From NCBI RefSeq assembly GCF_009834535.1, contig NC_045697.1:103106001-103170000 (forward strand): a stretch of DNA of 64,000 nucleotides, read 5' to 3'. Made by a program: the position numbers and the translations under genes. The notes under the pieces were generated by a model. That model worked only from the letters and a program-made list of their open reading frames with translations, did not search any database and was not told the origin of the DNA. Below, one piece after another: positions 11,781 through 23,700 of the stretch. Position 1 is the stretch's first letter, and each line of letters opens with the position of its first letter. The stretch is from Camelus ferus (taxonomy: Eukaryota).

Positions 11781-12399
11781 TTTCAGGTTGACCTCTATAT
11801 ACCTTTCTTGAAAGGTTTTTCATATCCAATGTCTGGTGCATAGAAACATCGTCAGTTCAGAAACACCTTAAATTCATGGCTTCAGGGTTTTAGACCACCT
11901 TGGAGATGTAAATATGGTGTGGAAACTCCTGAAGCATTTATATGGTTGCAACTTTTCAGGAGTGGTTTTTCATTTCCTGTCCCTGCTCTGCTTGGAGCCA
12001 AGGCAACCCTCCTCGCAGCAGTGAGCATGTTCACTGCTGGCTCATCCTTCCCTTTGGGATCTGGCAGAAGGATCCCCTTTTAGATCTTCACCTTGGGTAG
12101 ACCCTGGGCTTTGATTTCTGTTGTCCACGCACTCCAAGGCTACTACTAAAACCAAACTTTGCTGGTTTAGCAAATGTTCTTAGGGCAAAAGCAGTTCAAG
12201 TGCCTTGCTAATATTTCTGGGGAACCTTCTCTGTGTAGATTTTGGCTTGGAACTTTCTTACTACTCCATCAGATCTCTGCTGCTTTTAAACTTGTTTTTA
12301 TGTGCTATCCATCCTTTTAAGTTGTTCTTCCCTTCACCTGGGAGGGTTGAGCTGAGTAAGATAGCCATCCATATTATGGGAAATGGAGGTCTTCTACAA

Positions 12400-13040
12400 T
12401 AAACAAAAAAATCATATTTAATCTGTGTTTCTATCCCCTTTCTCACTCCTAATGTATTAATGTGTGCATGTATGTGTGGGTTTCTTAATTAGAAATTCCC
12501 AGGATATTTTTGTATTATTTTTCCTCCAAAGATATAACTCTTGGTCCACTTACAACGCTAATAGTTTCATAATTCTTTAATTTCTTTTATCTTTATTTCC
12601 TTTCTCATGGTTTTTTTTTTTTTAATTCTCTTTTTCTAATTTGTTGAGTTGAATACTTAGTTCATTTACTTTTAGGCTTTCTTTTTTAAAATATTTAAAT
12701 AATGAACTTGTTTTTGAGTTCATTGTTGACTCCATCCATTAATTTTCCCATTTCACATTCTCCTTTTGTAAAGGATCTGTAATTGTAGTTTTGATTTCCT
12801 TTTTGTTCTAAGAATGATCTGGAATAATTTCCTTCCTCAAATTCCAAATGTTTGCATTTTTACTTCTTGTTTGATCATTTATTATTAATTTTGATTGTAT
12901 TTTATTACTTTTAGAGAATGTGACCTGATCAGTTTCAGATTTTTAAAAAAATTTACTGAACTTTTTGTGGCCTAATATGTTATCAATTTTAACATATACT
13001 TTATATATTCTTGTCAAAAAGAAGTAAGGATGCATAGGGT
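12400..13040 (-). mobile_element. Old LINE-1 fragment (L1M/ME-like)
   Basis: T-rich, strand-biased sequence with antisense L1 words (TTTTGTGGCCTAATATGTTATCAATTTT). Confidence 0.55.
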
Positions 13041-13131
13041 CTAATATTCAAGATGAACATAGATAGATGATAGATAGAAAAATAGAAAAATAGGTAGATA
13101 GATACTAATCTTAAAAATTATAGTCATCTGA

Positions 13132-13257
13132 CGGGGGAGGGTAGAGCTCAGTGGTAGAGTACATGCCTAGCACGCATGAGGCCCTAATTTCAATTCCCAG
13201 TACCTCCACTTAACAAAAAAATTAAATGAATAGATAAGCCTAATTAGTTCCCCCTGC
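13132..13257 (+). mobile_element. tRNA-Ala-derived SINE (vic-1-like), long form, copy 3
   Basis: tRNA-like body with degraded B box and tail GCCTAATTAGTTCCCCC. Exact 17-bp TSD AAATTATAGTCATCTGA at 13115-13131 and 13258-13274. Confidence 0.92.
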
Positions 13258-14123
13258 AAATTATAGTCATCTGAGTGGTTTTTTCCTACTTGATTTATCA
13301 GGTCATTAATTCAAATGACACAGGTATAAAATGTGAATCTTTCTTAGGGGTACCATGTCCAACCCTTTCCTTTACATTACTTTAGAACACAATATTTCCA
13401 CTAACTAAATGCTACTTGAAAGGGGAAAGCACATGGTTAGCGGTTGTAACAAGATTATGTCCTCTGTCAAATTTTTATTCCCTGTACCTCCTTCTCACCG
13501 AATACGTATCAACTATGCCACAGCTGAATCATATCAACTATGGTCTTTCTGTGCCTTGTCTCTCCCGTGAGCAACACGATGATTGTGTTTTTTCTTTACG
13601 CCTTGGACACTCCCGTGTCTTTTTCCTAGTAACCATATATTTAGGGGAAAAAATGGGGAAGAATGATATTTCTAACTAGTATTTTGACTTTGGAAAGTAC
13701 CCCCCCCCTTACCACTTCCTTAATCATTATATTGATGAGATTTTTTTTTAAAATAGGAATAAAATGGCTCCTCATAGAAAATTTGGAAACAGCATCTGCA
13801 ACATTAAGAGGCAGGAAAATAAAGGTGCATATAACCTCATCACTCCAAGGCAACCACTGTTAACTAGTTGTGCTTGTTTCCTTCTATTTTTTTTTCAGTA
13901 ATTGTTTTTACATAATTGAAATCAATTTTGTGGTCTGACTTTATCAGTATTACATCATAGGCATGTTCCATTATTAAAAACTATCCATCAAACTTATGAT
14001 TAAATGCCTCACTAGCATTTCACTATTTACTAAATATTTCTTTACTCACAGAACGTAATTTTCAACTTCTTTGTGTTATTAATGATGCTTTGATGAAATT
14101 CTCTTCTCTTTTTCTTCAATAAT

Positions 14124-14290
14124 ACAGTGGACCTTGAGCTGTCAGGTGCTTCACAGGCACCTAGGGAGCCCCATGCCCAGAGTTTCTGGTTCAGTAAGTC
14201 TAGGGGTGGGACCAAAGAATGTACATTTCTAATGGTTTTAGGTGATGCTGATGGCGCAGGGACCACGTTTGGAGAGTCAGTGGAACCACT
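14124..14290. mobile_element. MER5A-like DNA transposon
   Basis: CCCAGAGTTTCTGGTTCAGTAAGTCTAGGGGTGGGACCAAAGAATGTACATTTCTAA..GGTGATGCTGATG..GGGACCAC; CAGTGG/CCACTG ends. Confidence 0.75.
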
Positions 14291-15084
14291 GCAATTAACA
14301 GAATGTGTGTGGATTTGCCTCAGTACATTTCTGAGAAACAACGCTTCTTCCTTCTACAGTAGGTTGTATCTTTGCTATTGCAGGAGGGAAAAATAGTAAT
14401 GCTTATTCTGGTTAGAAAAGAAAGTAGTGATGTCTATTTAAAAGTTCTCTAAAATCTTTTAGTCCCTGGCTTTTGCTAAGCCATTTGCACTTACTGTGGA
14501 ATCTTACTGGAACAGTTACCATTTGACCCTGGAGCCACATCACTATACAGCTGGTCTCTTGCTTTATTATTATAATTTTTTTGTAAGTCACCTGCTCTCA
14601 TTTAATTCATTTCCTTTGGTGTTTTCCTTCCTGTGGGAAGTCTCTGACATCTGTCCCACATACTTCACGAATACAAAGGCTCATCTTTTATCTTTTTAAC
14701 TTTTATGAGTCAATTACTCTTACCCTTTTTGTAGTTGTGATCTTTTCATTCCTTATGTTTTAAAAAGACTCTCTAGACTGTTAAGTTTTATGGCTGCTTT
14801 TTTTAAAAAAAAAATTCTTATTTTTTTTAACACCTTTAATTACATTCTGTTGGCATTTATATTTAGGTCTGAGCCTAATGTCAAGTACTAGCAGCACATG
14901 GCTGCCCACCTCACTGGCACCATCATGTGGTGAGATTGTGCATCACCTTGGACAGGGTGCCATTGTATCACACCGTATATAGAGAGAACACTGAAATTAG
15001 AGAGGTCTTTATAAGCTGGGGGATCTGAAATAATCCTGTTCCTTTAGTAATACACAGAAAAATGGGAGTTAGTGAACTCCAACA

Positions 15085-15260
15085 ATTAAGTATGTGGACA
15101 CTGGAGTCAGGGACATGAGTTCAAACCCTGGCTCTCCTACTCGTAATGTTACGAACTTGGGCAAGGGGTTGGTCTCCTTGAAATTGTTTCCTCCGAAGTA
15201 TGGGGATACCAGTAGCATCTATTTCACAGGGATGTTGAGAAGAACAATTAATACGATAAT
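15085..15260 (+). mobile_element. MIR SINE fragment
   Basis: CTGGAGTCAG..GAGTTCAAACCCTGGCTCT..ACTTGGGCAAG..TTTCCTC..TGGGGATA..TTCACAGGGATGTTGAG. Confidence 0.75.
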
Positions 15261-15818
15261 TGTAATAGTCAGCACAATGGCCATCAAATAGTTTAGAAAC
15301 ACCAGCTATCATTAGCCGCTAACACATCGCCACACTTGGTTTTCCCCTCACATTCAAACCCGGAATAGAAGGAGACTCAGGAAAGAATAATTCCCCTGAG
15401 CTTTGAGAGAATTATACTCACATGATGTAATTATTTTTAGAATGATTGGAGGTAGCAAGAAGTTAAAAACTGTAAAAGGTAGATACTAAAAAAAAAATTT
15501 AGATAAAAATAATTTTTTATAAAAAAAAAAAGGAAGGAAACCTCTGGGGAAGAAAAGGTCCTCTAACCTCTACTTACAAAGGGAAATTTTAAATTTTTCT
15601 GGCTAAATTTAACCATAATTTATAGTCAAATAATTATGGGGGGAGTAACTTAAAAGCCTTTTTAAGGGTGGTTAGAAAACTTCTAAATATTAAAAATGAT
15701 TTACAGCCCCACATCCTTTCAAAGGTCTATTAAACAGAAATGTTTACTTTTGTAAATCCTTGAAAAAGATAGGACAAATTTGGATTCTGGAAATTTTTCT
15801 ATTAAAAATGAGTTTTAA

Positions 15819-15980
15819 GAGGGGAGGGTATGGCTCAGTGGTAGATGTTTGTGCTAACATGCATGAAGCTCTGGGTTTATTCCCTAGTACTTCTATTAAA
15901 ATAAATAAACCTAATTACCTCCCCCCACCAAAATAGCGAGAAAAAATAAAAAACTAAAAAGCAAAATTCAAAAAAAAAAA
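15819..15980 (+). mobile_element. tRNA-Ala-derived SINE (vic-1-like), long form, copy 4 (most divergent)
   Basis: GGGGAGGGTATGGCTCAGTGGTAGA...AAACCTAATTACCTCCCC with A-rich tail; TSD unclear. Confidence 0.88.
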
Positions 15981-16599
15981 GAATTTTATTTGATTAGAAA
16001 AATAGGACGAAAAGATACTTAAGATCATGAGAATAAAGCATATGAGGCATTCCACCCCCTTCCTTTAAAATTGTGCATCATGATTAAAGAGAATGGATAA
16101 ACTTGTCAGAACCAGAATCTTCCATTCAGTTTCCAGACTGTAGTTTCTTCAGATAGTTAGCATCATTCAGTAAGTTTTTGTGATGCCATTATGCAAATGT
16201 AGTCTATGTTCATTATCTTTCTACTTATTAAATTCATCCAAAGCTGTCCAGGAACAGATTTTCTGTTTTGTCAACTACACCCACAGTCTTGTTCCCAGAT
16301 TTTTCATCAGCATTTGCAGACTGTGAGGGAAAGAAAACAAGAAATGGGAATGATTTCATGAATTTTAAGTACACCATAACTCTGTTTCAGTGCAATATTC
16401 ATGTATGTATGTAACAGCCGCCTAGAGTCGCTCCCAGCATAGGGCAGTGCCAGTTGGTTAGAATGTGATATTAGTACGTCCATAATCAATTCCTGTGTGA
16501 TTCACCTGGCTGTGTGGAAAAGCAAAATATCTTCACTGTCAACCTGAACTTCTGAGGCAAGCAGTCTAGAAAAATCTATGCCTTTGATTATTGAAATTT

Positions 16600-17965
16600 G
16601 GGGATTTTCCAGAAATCTCTCTATTATTGAGTTCTATTTTAATTTCATTGTGGTCAGAGAGCAAATTTTGCATGATTTGAATCCTTGTAAATGATCCTTG
16701 TTTTTGCCTAGAATATGTTTTTTCTTGGTATGTTCTGTGTGCACGAAATATGATCTATATCCCCATTTACTTAGATCTTCCTTCATTCAGCAATGTTTTG
16801 TAGTTTCAGAGTATAGCTCTTGCATATCTTTCATTAAGGTTATTGCTAGGTATTTATAATACTATTATGAATGATACACTTAAAAATTCTATTTTCTAAT
16901 TGCTGCTGGTTAACATATAAAAGTATTGATTTTTATATGATCTTTTATCCTATAAGCTCACTAATTTCAATGATTAATTCTAGTAGATTTCAAAGATTTT
17001 CTACTTGGATAATCTATTAATCTAAAGAATAGTTAAACTGGATTAATCTAAAGGCAATTAATTTAATAGTGTAAAAAATAGACTTTCTATGTAGACCATG
17101 TGAATAGTTTTACTCTTGTAATCGATCTTTACATTTTTCATTATTTTAGTTAATTTTTGCCTCTTGTACCGTCTAGGACCTCTGATACACAGTCAAATAG
17201 AACTGGTGAGAGTGAGAGCAGACATTCATTCTCACCTTCATCTCAATCCTAGGGTCAACCAATTCTGCACTGATCATGATAGTAACTATTGGTCTTATAG
17301 TAGCTGTAGATTCCTTCATCATATGAACTTGGTTCTAATTTCCAGTTTTGTGGGGGGTTTTGCTCATTAATTGGAAATAAGGTGTCAAATTGTTCTTTCT
17401 GAATTTATTGACATGATCATTTTTTTCTGCTTTATTAATGTGGTTAAATTACATTGTTTGATTTATTAAATGCTGGGAAAACCTTGCATTCTGGGAAAAA
17501 CTCCAGTTGGCCATTGTATTTTATCCTTGTATATTGCTCTGTTCAATTCACTAGTATTTTGTATAGGATTTTTGCATGTGTATTCAAAATGTGATAATGG
17601 TCTGTGATTTTTTTTTTTCTTGTAATGTCTCGGTCAGATATTTCTATCAGGGTTATGCAGTCATTGTAACATTTACCGGATAGCATTCTCTCCTCCTCTA
17701 TTTTCTCAGAGTTTATAAGAGATTGACATTACGTGCTCTTTAAATGTTGATAGAATTCACCAGTGAAGTCATCTGGGCCTGGAGTTTTCTCTGTAAAATG
17801 GTTTTCAGTTATGAATTCAAATTCTGAAATAAATATATAACTACTCAGATTTTCTATTTCTTCTTAGTCAGTTTTGATAAATTTTACTTTTCAAGGAATT
17901 TGTTCATTTATTTTATCAAATTTTATTGACCTAAATTTGTTTACAATGTTCTCCTGTTATGATTT
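16600..17965 (-). mobile_element. Old LINE-1 ORF2-region fragments
   Basis: Antisense L1M words: TTATTAATGTGGTTAAATTACATTG, GAATTCACCAGTGAAGTCATCTGGGCCTGGAGTTTTCT, TTTCAAGGAATTTGTTCATTT. Confidence 0.7.
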
Positions 17966-17974
17966 TAATTAGGA

Positions 17975-18140
17975 GCTTTCAACCTCAGTGCTGTGGGAGG
18001 CTGCCCTGTGCACTGCAGAATGTTTACCAGCATCCCTGGTCTCCAGCCCCTGGACACTCATAGTGTGACAACCAAAAATGTCTGTAGACACCGCCAAATG
18101 TACCTTGGGGACAAAACAGCTCTGGCTGAGAATCAGTGTT
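17975..18140. mobile_element. MER20-like DNA transposon
   Basis: CTGCCCTGTGCACTGCAGAATGTTTACCAGCATCCCTGG..GTGTGACAACCAAAAATGTCTGTAGAC..GCCAAATGT. Confidence 0.75.
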
Positions 18141-18729
18141 TTAATGTCCAAAGGATCTTTAGTGACCTTTCATTCCATGTACTGGTAATCTGTCCCTTTA
18201 TTTCTGACTAATTTTGTTAAGACCATTGTAGGGTGTACAGAAGCAGGCTCTGCCCCAGATTTGACCTATGGATCATTTTGCTGACTTTGACTTAGATGAT
18301 TCACTCTTCTAATAAAGGAATGAAAGAAACTATAAACTTCCCCTCTAAGAATACTTTGTATCATAAGTTTTAAGATGCTCTGCTGTGTTGATGGGTATTT
18401 TTTTTAGCCAATTAACAGATATAAAGAGTATTGTTTATCTATGGAGTTAACATATGGACATTATTTAGTATTATTTCGACAAAACTGCTTACAAATGGAT
18501 TTTTGGTTCTATAAGAAACAAGCAAGGAACAATATTAATCTAACAATATAATAAAATTTATATAAATATTTTCTCCCAACTCGATGACAAATTGATATAA
18601 ATGCCTATAATCTGGCAGCAATGTTCATTTTGCTCTTCTAACTAAGAAAAGCCAGTCTGCATCATCCGAGAACACTGACCAGGACGAGAAAATTTCAATG
18701 ATTTTACAGCACCTTATCGAGTACTGATT

Positions 18730-18745
18730 TGCTGCCACCTGCTGG
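18730..18745 (-). promoter_or_regulatory. CTCF core motif
   Basis: Reverse complement CCAGCAGGTGGCAGCA matches CCASYAGRKGGCRS fully; binding not demonstrated. Confidence 0.55.
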
Positions 18746-19139
18746 GAGGCAGAAATGGGTTTCTAGCATCCTTAAAGGGTAAGAATGACGGCCCTACAGG
18801 TTGTAAAACTTTGTCCCATAAAGTGAAACATAATATAGGTACCTTTAGGTCTGAAAGAAATCAGTAATCCTAGAATATAAATGAACTGCATATAAAGAAA
18901 AATACGATCTGTGTATAAAAATGGGAGTGTATTCTTTTAAGAGAAAGTAGATGGGATATTCGCATTTACCATGAATGATGTAAAGTTCCTGAAAATGGTG
19001 AGCCCCTCAGGTACTGATTCTGTATTTGTGTAAAGGTAATTAACCACTTGACTGGGGCTAATGGAGAAACTTAAGATCTGATGAACCACTGCTCAATGAA
19101 GATGAGTGAAAAATAAAGCTAAATCTAATGATAACAGTG

Positions 19140-20070
19140 TGATGGACAGAATTAACAGCCCCTCAAAGACATCCATGCCCTCATTCCCGGTGCCCAAGAG
19201 AGTGAAGCCTTGAGCCCAGAGAGCAGAACCAAGAGCCACAGAGGATTATTCCTTGAGATTCTGTGGAGACTGCCAGATTGGATTTTTGAAATTGTTTGGG
19301 CTTCCGACTCCCCTTTTCCTTCCATTTTCCCCCCTTTTTGAATGGGAACGGCTATACCTGCTCTCCTGTGCCTTCTCCTCCACCGTATTTTGGGAGCAGA
19401 CAACCTATTTTCTGGCTTCACAGGTCTACAATGGAAAGGGATTTTTGCCCCAGATTATACTCAGAGCCTCACCTATCTCTAGTTTAGATTGAGATATTTG
19501 GGATTTTGGAGGATTAAATGAGATGCTGTAATGGGTTGAAAATGTGGGAGACTTTGAAAGGGGGTGAATAGATTTTGCATGTGAACAGAAATGCATCTTT
19601 GAGAGTCAGAGGGTGGACTAGGGCAGGCAGAATGGCCCCTCCCAAAGATGCCCACACCCCCATCACCAGAACCTGTGAATAAGTTACCTTATGGGGAAAA
19701 AGGAACTTTGCAGATGTGATTAAGGTTAAGAACCTTGAGATACAGAGGTGATCTGGGTGGGCCTATTTTAATCATATAAATCCTTAAGATTCTTTGATTG
19801 ATGAAATCTTTGACCAATGTTACTGGCTTTGAAGATGGAAGAAAGGGACCACAAGCCAGGGAATGTAAGTAGCCTCTAGAATCAGGAGAAGATAAAGCAA
19901 CAGATTCTCCCATAGTCTACAGAAAGGAATGCTGTCAGTTGACATCTTGATTTTACTCCAGTGAGATCTGTTCTGGACTTCAGGCCTGCAGAACTTTAGT
20001 ATATTTGTGATCTTTTAAACCAAGTTTATGGTAATTCTTTTCACAACAGCAATAGAAAATGAATACTGTA
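19140..20070 (+). mobile_element. Two adjacent MLT1 (ERVL-MaLR) LTR remnants, junction ~19620
   Basis: AGAATGGCCCCTCCCAAAGATGCCCAC..AACTTTGCAGATGTGATTAAGGTTAAG..ACAGCAATAGAAAATGAATAC. Confidence 0.75.
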
Positions 20071-20189
20071 GTAACAGCTAGCAATTACCATGTTCTACCA
20101 CTACAGCAAGTGCTTCCCAGATAAGCCTTTCAAGAAAGGAAGCTAAAACACCTCTGAAATCATATTACATAATCTGGCCGTGGCCACCT

Positions 20190-20640
20190 CTCTGACCTCA
20201 TCTCCCACTCTCTCCCTTGATCACTACCATCCACTCACTCTAGTCTCCTTACTGCCCTTTAAACATACCAAGCACACAGTCTCCCCTTCTTAGTATGTAC
20301 TTTCCTTAGATACCCACACGTGTTTCTCACTTTGCTCAGGTCTCTGCTCACACGTCACCTTCTCAGTGAGACCTTCTTTGCTCACCTTACATAGGACAGT
20401 ATACACCCACCCTCACTTGGCATTCACTAACCCCTAATCCCTAGTTTATTATCCCACACAGCACTTACACAATCATTTGACACATATTTGTTTATTCACT
20501 CTGTGTTTTTTTCTTGCTCCCCAAATATAAGCTCTGTGTGGGCAGCGGCTTTATCTGTACTGATGACAGCTTTAGCTCCAGAACTTCAATTAGCACCTGG
20601 TACACAATAGTCACTCAATAAATACTGGCAGGAATAAAGG
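20190..20640 (+). mobile_element. LINE-2 3' fragment
   Basis: CTCTCTGACCTCATCTCC..GTCTCTGCTCACACGTCACCTTCTCAGTGAGACCTT..GCACCTGGTACACAATAGTCACTCAATAAATA. Confidence 0.75.
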
Positions 20641-20814
20641 AACACTTAAAAAACTACTGACAGATTATAAGAATTCGCTTATGTTAACATTCTAACGCAA
20701 AATACATAGCATAGAGCAGGGATCATTAGACGATACACATTAATGTTGCTTTGGTTGGGAAACAGACCTCAGTGTACAGATTCAATACCGTGCCTTTAAG
20801 AATGAGGTCACTTC

Positions 20815-21085
20815 CATAGAAAACAAACTTACAGGGTTGGGGGAGAATGGGGTGTGGAGGGATAAATTGAGAGTTAGGGATTTGCAGATATTAACTACTA
20901 TATATAAAATGGATAAACAACAAGTTCATACTGAATAGCACAGGGAACTATATTCAATATCTTGTAGTAACCTATAGTGAAAAAGAAGATGAAAAGGAAT
21001 ATATACATGTATAAATGAAACACTATGCTGTACACCAGAAATTAACACATTTAAAACCAACTATATTTCAATTACAAAAAAAATG
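20815..21085 (+). mobile_element. LINE-1 3' end fragment
   Basis: AGCACAGGGAACTATATTCAATATCTTGTAGTAACCTATAGTGAAAAAG...CAACTATATTTCAATTACAAAAAAA. Confidence 0.85.
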
Positions 21086-21805
21086 AAAGACCATTCATTT
21101 CTCAAGTGACTTCCTATAATTCTAAACATGGTATACCATTTCTTAAGGTCATATTATAAGCAAAACAGCATATAAATTAATTTTGCATTTTCTTATAAAC
21201 ATAATACATTTTATTTTTTTAAAAAAGATAATTGCTAGCTACATTTTCCTTCAACTTTTTAATTCTGAAACATTTCAAACTTACAGAAGATTTGAAAGAA
21301 AAAACTACAATTAACATAGTGCCATATTTTCTCTATACACATTTTTTTCTTTTTGTCCTGGATTACCTGAAAGCAGTTTGCAGATATCATGACCTCACCC
21401 CTAAACATTTTAGCATGCATCGCCTAAGAACAAAAGCATTTTTCTAATAACCTTAATATTATTATCAGGCCTGAAAAATGTAAGTCAACAATATAATTCC
21501 ATGTTCAAATTTCCCCAATTGTCCACAAACTCTCCTGTATAACTTTTTAAAAATTCATACTCCTATCCAATTCATGGTTGCCCATTAATGCAGATCAGTC
21601 CTTCTGTCCTTTGTTGTCTGTCTTTCATGATATTGACATTACTGAAAAGTCTAAACAAACCACATTCTGCATTGATCTGTTTCCTTACAGATTCAGGCTA
21701 AACGTTTTGGCAAGAATGCTTCACCGGTGTGCTTGCAATAATCTGTGTTCTCCTCAGCATGGATGCTAGAATTGTTTGCCAGGCAGCATCTATTACCATT
21801 CTGCA

Positions 21806-21905
21806 GGGGGGTGGGGGTATAGCTCAGTGGTAGAGCCTGTGCTTCGCATGCACAAGGTCCTTGGTTCAATCCCCAGTACCTCCATTAAAAATAAATGCAT
21901 AAATA
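21806..21905 (+). mobile_element. tRNA-Ala-derived SINE (vic-1-like), short form, copy 5; body 21813-21884 folds as tRNA-Ala(CGC)
   Basis: G-rich head, 72-nt tRNA-like body, A-rich tail TTAAAAATAAATGCATAAAT; no clear TSD. Confidence 0.85.
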
Positions 21906-23079
21906 ATGTATGAAAATGTCTGCCACAGTACACACAAAGTAGTTAATCTATAAATAGTGGTGTTTAAAAAAAACCAAAACCCAAAACATTTCTGCAAAGG
22001 ACTAATGCTCCATGGAACACAGTTTAGGGAACACTTGGATAAGGAAAAAAATGTGAAATGCACTAAAATGTTTAAGAGTCTGTAGGGTAAAAAGCAGGTA
22101 AGAATTAAAAATCATTTTTAAATTACAAACTTCATTCCCTTAAGTAATGCAAACTGAGCTTTCATAAAAGTTAACACAACCAAAAACCCTCACTAAACAT
22201 TGTGCAGACAAGGAACTCCAAGCTTAAAGAAAAGTAGTAACTTCCAAGTTCTATCACTGTATTGACTGCGTTTAGCAGCTGAGATTTGAAACCAAGTCTG
22301 ACTACTTACATGTTCTTTCCACTAGACCCTTTACTTCACTTAATCTTATGTTTTATTTTCTGTAATTAACTATTCTTGGGTCTACAATTACTCTAGGGTA
22401 AAATTGATCTTTTAGTCTAAATAATAATGAAGCTGCTAAGGAAGACTAATTCATTTTTTATTGTTTCATATTCAGTAAGAATCAACTCACAGCAAGTAAC
22501 TGAGGAAGGCTTAACCTCTCCCAAATGCATGCAATTATGCAAATCATATGTGGGGACTGGGGTCTTGGCTCCAGATACTAATTATAATACAGCCCCCATT
22601 TATGACCATATCTAGTAGCCATAATTTGATCTTCGCTATTGCCTAAGATGATGGCTTTATTACGTTACAGCAGACATTTGGGAGACACCAGTTTTACCTA
22701 AAAATTCTAGAATTCAATTAAGCTCGGGTTTTATTACTTATTACAGGATCTAACAGGTTTTCCAAAAAATTAGTTACCTTTCTGACCCGGAGAGAGGTAA
22801 CAAATATTAAGCAAAAGATAGAGCCTTTCCCCCTCTGTCGAGTTTGCGAGAGCGGTGAGCGTGGGTCCTTTCTTTTGGTACAAGTTTGGAAATATTAATC
22901 AACACGAATGAGTAACTTAAGAGAAAAAAATGCTAGTCCTTCAGCCGTTAAAACCCACGCCATGCTTTTAAAACTTGAGCTGCATTTCAACGGAACATTA
23001 CTGAGCATTTACTCCAATAGGCTGGAAATCGCTTTGGGGAATCTGAATCCCCTTAATTTCACCGGACTGTCAAACGTCC

Positions 23080-23700
23080 CATGTCTCGCCCTCCACCCCA
23101 TACTTTCAGATTTGCAGGGAGAAAAGGAAACAGGTCTCCGTACGTGGGCCGTCGCAAGATGCGGGAGCCCGGCTGGACTTGGGCTCCACCTCCCGGGCTT
23201 CGCGAAGCACCAAGGCCGGGAAGGGATGGCCATTACCCTCCACCTTTGGAGGCGATCTGGACCTTAAGGGAAGCAAAAGCTACCCACAGAGACCGTAAAC
23301 CGCCGTCTCTCGCGTCACTTCCCCGACGGCTGCCGGACGCGCCGCCCCGTCCCCACCTGCCGCAGGCCCTCAGGCCTCCAGGCTCACGTGCCCTGCGCCA
23401 CACGCCGGAATCCCGCGGCCACGTCCGCCGGGACCCCGGCCACGCCCCGCGCCGCCACCCGGCCCCCGGCCCCTCCCGGGCTCCACGCACCGGCGATGGT
23501 CGCTGCGCCTGCGCGCCGGCCGACGCGGGGCGGGGTGAACTGGCCAGGCGGAAGGGGCGGCACTTCCGTGGCCTCGGGAGGGTGAGTATGGGGTGGGGGG
23601 TGCGCGGGGCGCCCGGAGTCGCGGCCCGGCTACCGGCTCAGGCCGCTTGGGGTCCGGCCTCAGCGTCGGGGGCGCCCCCTGGAGGACCTGGGGTAGGGGA
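23080..23700. promoter_or_regulatory. MMAA: CpG island / MMAA promoter with NRF1-like (23504-23515), GC boxes (23527-23535, 23554-23560) and ETS/GABP-like (23561-23569) motifs
   Basis: Abrupt GC- and CpG-rich segment containing TGCGCCTGCGCG, GGGGCGGGG and CACTTCCGT, followed directly by a strong splice donor. Confidence 0.85.
23545..23581 (+). other. MMAA: MMAA exon 1 (non-coding; start approximate)
   Basis: Donor GAGG|GTGAGT at 23581/23582 within the CpG island; human MMAA also has a non-coding first exon (recall). Confidence 0.7.
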
